A stretch of 44,828 nucleotides of DNA from Candidatus Azambacteria bacterium. Lineage in GTDB: Bacteria; Patescibacteriota; Minisyncoccia; UBA10092. The notes beneath the pieces are model-generated. The model was given only the letters and a program-made list of their open reading frames with translations. It made no database searches and had not been told where the DNA came from. Positions 42,720 to 44,828 of the stretch are shown here, one piece after another. The first letter of the stretch is position 1. Every line of letters begins with the position of its first letter. Position numbers and translations under genes: made by a program. The stretch is taken from assembly GCA_030646675.1 (NCBI GenBank), contig JAUSKX010000006.1, positions 1-44,828 on the forward strand. Direction: 5' to 3'.

Positions 42720-43760
42720 ATGAAATATTTAAAGTTGATAAAATTTAATAAAAATATCTTGGCGGCCATTTTAATAATGGCATTTTTCACTTTGTTATTT
42801 AGTAATTTTTCATTAATTGCATTTGCTCAAGATTACGCCGGCGGTTACGGCTCTATTGATTATAGTGGTGGTTACAATTCTTCTGATTACGCCGGCGGTT
42901 ACGGCTCCGTCGATTATGGTGGTGGTTACGATTCTATAAATTATGCCGGCGGTTACGGCTCTACTGATTACGCCGGCGGTTACGGCTCTACTGATTATGC
43001 CGGCGGTTACGGCTCTACTGATTACGCCGGCGGTTACGATTCTATAAATTATGCCGGCGGCTATAGTTCGACTGACTACGCTGGTGGCTATTCTTATCCT
43101 TCTACTGGATATGGCTATTACAGTTATCCATCAACATCATACGGCTATTACAGCTACCCGGCGGTTTCTTACCCTGGAACCTATGATTATCCGGGCATTT
43201 CATACGGCAGTTATAATTATCCGTCCGTAAATTATCCTACTTTTAACTATCCCGGTATAAATTATCCGACGGTAAATTACCCATCAGTGGATTATTCCAC
43301 ATTTAACTATCCCGAAATAAATTACCCGACAGTGGATTATCCCACATGGGATATTCCCACTGCCTATGCCTATCCCGGTATAAATTATCCGGCAATAACT
43401 TATCCGTCGGTTTCTGTTCCCACTGCTTATGTGTATCCGTCAGCTTCTTATCCAACAATAACTTATCCGACAATGTCCATTCCTACCGCTTATGCTTATC
43501 CGTCTACATATTATCCGGGAACTACCGCGTATGCCGCTGAAACAATCGCCAATGTTTCTACCGGCCCGGAAAATGCCTTAATTTTGATTTTATCCGGCGG
43601 GTTGGTATTATCGGTGTTCATTTATTTGATTGTATTCAAAATCAGATTCGGAAAAAAATTGACGCTAGCCGCGGCCTATCAAAGTGCGGTTCTTGAAAGA
43701 CGACTTAAGAAAATAAGAGAAAGAGAAATAAGACCCGACTTCAATGTTATTCAATCCTAA
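42720..43760 (+). CDS. Tyr/Gly-rich tandem-repeat surface protein with C-terminal TM anchor
   Basis: Signal or anchor N-terminus, then about nine DYAGGYGS(T/I/V) repeats, then many (N/D)YP(S/T/G)(V/I) repeats. A C-terminal hydrophobic helix is followed by a basic tail. The gene end overlaps the sortase start. Confidence 0.65.
   Translation: MKYLKLIKFNKNILAAILIMAFFTLLFSNFSLIAFAQDYAGGYGSIDYSGGYNSSDYAGGYGSVDYGGGYDSINYAGGYGSTDYAGGYGSTDYAGGYGSTDYAGGYDSINYAGGYSSTDYAGGYSYPSTGYGYYSYPSTSYGYYSYPAVSYPGTYDYPGISYGSYNYPSVNYPTFNYPGINYPTVNYPSVDYSTFNYPEINYPTVDYPTWDIPTAYAYPGINYPAITYPSVSVPTAYVYPSASYPTITYPTMSIPTAYAYPSTYYPGTTAYAAETIANVSTGPENALILILSGGLVLSVFIYLIVFKIRFGKKLTLAAAYQSAVLERRLKKIREREIRPDFNVIQS
42831..43095 (+). 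repeat. 30-bp coding tandem repeats
   Basis: Units of the form gattacgccggcggttacggctctactgat repeat with minor variation inside the 42720-43760 CDS. Confidence 0.85.
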
Positions 43761-44373
43761 AAAAGAACTTATAATATTTTCAATCATATTCTTGGCGTCA
43801 AGCGCTTTGGTGTATTTTGCCTTGAATGGTGGAGCTTATTCAAAGATTTTGAAATACGAATTATTTTCTTCATACGCGGAAGCCAGCGCCGACGATAAAC
43901 TGATTTCCGGATTGGACGAAAAAAATTATTATTTATACATTCCCAAGATAGAAGTTTTAGCGCCCGCCATTCGTTTTAAAGATAATTCCGAAAAAAATGT
44001 TTTGGCGATTCTTGAAAAAGGAGTCGGATTATATGTCAATAATTCGCAATTGCCGGGGAAGGCCGGAAGGGCGGTGATTTTGGGCCATAGTTCAAAAGAA
44101 ACTTGGTATCATCGTGATGGCCAATATTCATATAACTTCGCTCTTTTGGACAAGCTTCAAAAAGGCGATGAAATTTATGTGGTTTTTGAAGGCAAAAAAT
44201 TAATATATAAAGTTTTTTCAAACGATATTTTGACTCCTGAAAAAACCAACGAAATTCTTTCTCAAAAACCGAAAGGCGATTCGGAAATCGCGCTAATCAC
44301 TTGCTGGCCAATAGGGTTTTCTCTAAAAAGAGTTCTTATTCAAGCGGAGCTTATTGGCATCGAAAAAATCTAA
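43744..44373 (+). CDS. Sortase family transpeptidase
   Basis: 209 aa with an N-terminal TM anchor, His context AVILGHSS, catalytic Cys context IALITCWP and a downstream Arg (LKRVLI). Confidence 0.75.
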   Translation: MLFNPKKELIIFSIIFLASSALVYFALNGGAYSKILKYELFSSYAEASADDKLISGLDEKNYYLYIPKIEVLAPAIRFKDNSEKNVLAILEKGVGLYVNNSQLPGKAGRAVILGHSSKETWYHRDGQYSYNFALLDKLQKGDEIYVVFEGKKLIYKVFSNDILTPEKTNEILSQKPKGDSEIALITCWPIGFSLKRVLIQAELIGIEKI

Positions 44374-44402
44374 AAGAGTGCTATAATCTTTCAGAAAGAC
44401 GC

Positions 44403-44487
44403 GCGCCCGTGGCGAAATTGGCAGACGCACCAGCTTTAGGAGCTGGCGCCGTAAGGCATAGAGGTTCAAGTCCTCTCGGGCGCACCA
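44403..44487 (+). tRNA. tRNA-Leu(UAG), CCA encoded
   Basis: 85 nt including the 3' CCA. Acceptor GCGCCCG/CGGGCGC, anticodon loop TTTAGGA and a long variable arm. Confidence 0.9.
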
Positions 44488-44591
44488 GAATGGAACTTAG
44501 CGGTTGAGAACCAACCAAGGAGTGGGCGTGCCGAAGGCCCGCCCCCGCGGGGTCGCCCGTTTTCGCCCATGAATTCTGGGTTCGGAATCCT

Positions 44592-44622
44592 GTCCCGCCT
44601 TCGGCGGGACGAACTCTTTTTT
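44592..44622 (+). terminator. Rho-independent terminator (UUCG tetraloop hairpin)
   Basis: gtcccgcc ttcg ggcgggac, then gaactctttttt. Confidence 0.75.
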
Positions 44623-44674
44623 CGCCAAGAAGCAGGTGCGAAATCAGAAGCAATTTTGACTCATAGTATTTGCT

Positions 44675-44702
44675 TTGATACAAAAATAATTTTTGCTATA
44701 CT
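44675..44702 (+). promoter_or_regulatory. Sigma-70-type promoter with extended -10
   Basis: TTGATA, 16-nt spacer, TGcTATACT (-10 at 44697-44702). The predicted start falls at the first base of the structured element below. Confidence 0.55.
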
Positions 44703-44708
44703 GAATTT

Positions 44709-44792
44709 GCCCCCACCGAAGATTGCTTATTTTAATGACCATCTTTGGTTCCACTTTGAGCAATCTTAGTGGGGGCACCAAGGGTGGTCATT
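44709..44792 (+). ncRNA. Candidate structured RNA or 5' leader with pseudoknot topology
   Basis: Helix 1 pairs 44709-44727 with 44759-44776 (8 bp plus 9 bp around a small internal loop). Loop segment aatgaccatctttggt (44733-44748) pairs over 16 positions, 2 of them G-U, with accaagggtggtcatt (44777-44792). Confidence 0.35.
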
Positions 44793-44828
44793 TAAGTTTT
44801 TAATTTTCAATATAAACATTATGCAAAA

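Noticed and set aside
42831-43520. Regular short DNA repeats that could be mistaken for a CRISPR or satellite array
   Set aside because: The repeats are in frame inside a long ORF and encode DYAGGYGS and NYP(S/T) peptide repeats. There are no unique spacers.
44488-44591. Identification of the GC-rich trailer as SRP RNA, tmRNA, 6S RNA or RNase P RNA
   Set aside because: I could not find the diagnostic motifs: the SRP domain IV GGAA/AGCA loops, the tmRNA tRNA-like ends with a tag ORF, or the RNase P GAGGAAAGUCC box. It is left as an unclassified candidate only.
44381-44683. 100-aa minus-strand ORF from the track
   Set aside because: It is antisense to tRNA-Leu(UAG) and to the GC-rich trailer and terminator, so it is an artefact of GC-rich sequence.

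Overview
The window is a compact, tRNA-dense bacterial segment of about 45 kb. Gene content and style suggest a Candidate Phyla Radiation (Patescibacteria) genome: short IF-2, VirB2/TrbC-like pilins, a sortase, many short operons. This taxonomy is inference. Core genes I can support are infB-rbfA-nrnA, hisS, rny, hup, an ECF sigma factor, cca, gyrA, rpsA-like, ftsH, rluA-family, rplS, nusA, htrA, and 17 tRNA genes folded by hand. The most interesting content is missing from the supplied ORF track, which starts at 60 aa. (1) A 47-aa peptide gene with six Cys in its last 15 residues (7163-7306) shares an ATGA overlap with the first of two HExxH proteins. It lies close to a radical SAM/SPASM enzyme (8165-9550). 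(2) A paralogous radical SAM/SPASM gene (12745-14133) is followed by a Shine-Dalgarno-driven 35-aa peptide gene (14146-14253), a nucleotidyltransferase and a P-loop kinase-like protein. This block sits between tRNA-His and hisS. Both look like undescribed RiPP-type (ranthipeptide/sactipeptide-like) systems. Other observations: a palindromic element family whose arms carry tandem stop codons on either strand; a GC-rich two-gene island of unknown function behind a consensus promoter; a bacterial thrombospondin type 1 repeat protein; a PaaX/Cas2-fold regulator gene flanked by two copies of a 43-nt palindrome; a tRNA with anticodon UAU; seven tRNAs with C at T-loop position 55; a pilin/lytic-transglycosylase/sortase surface locus; and a promoter-driven pseudoknot-capable RNA at the 3' edge.
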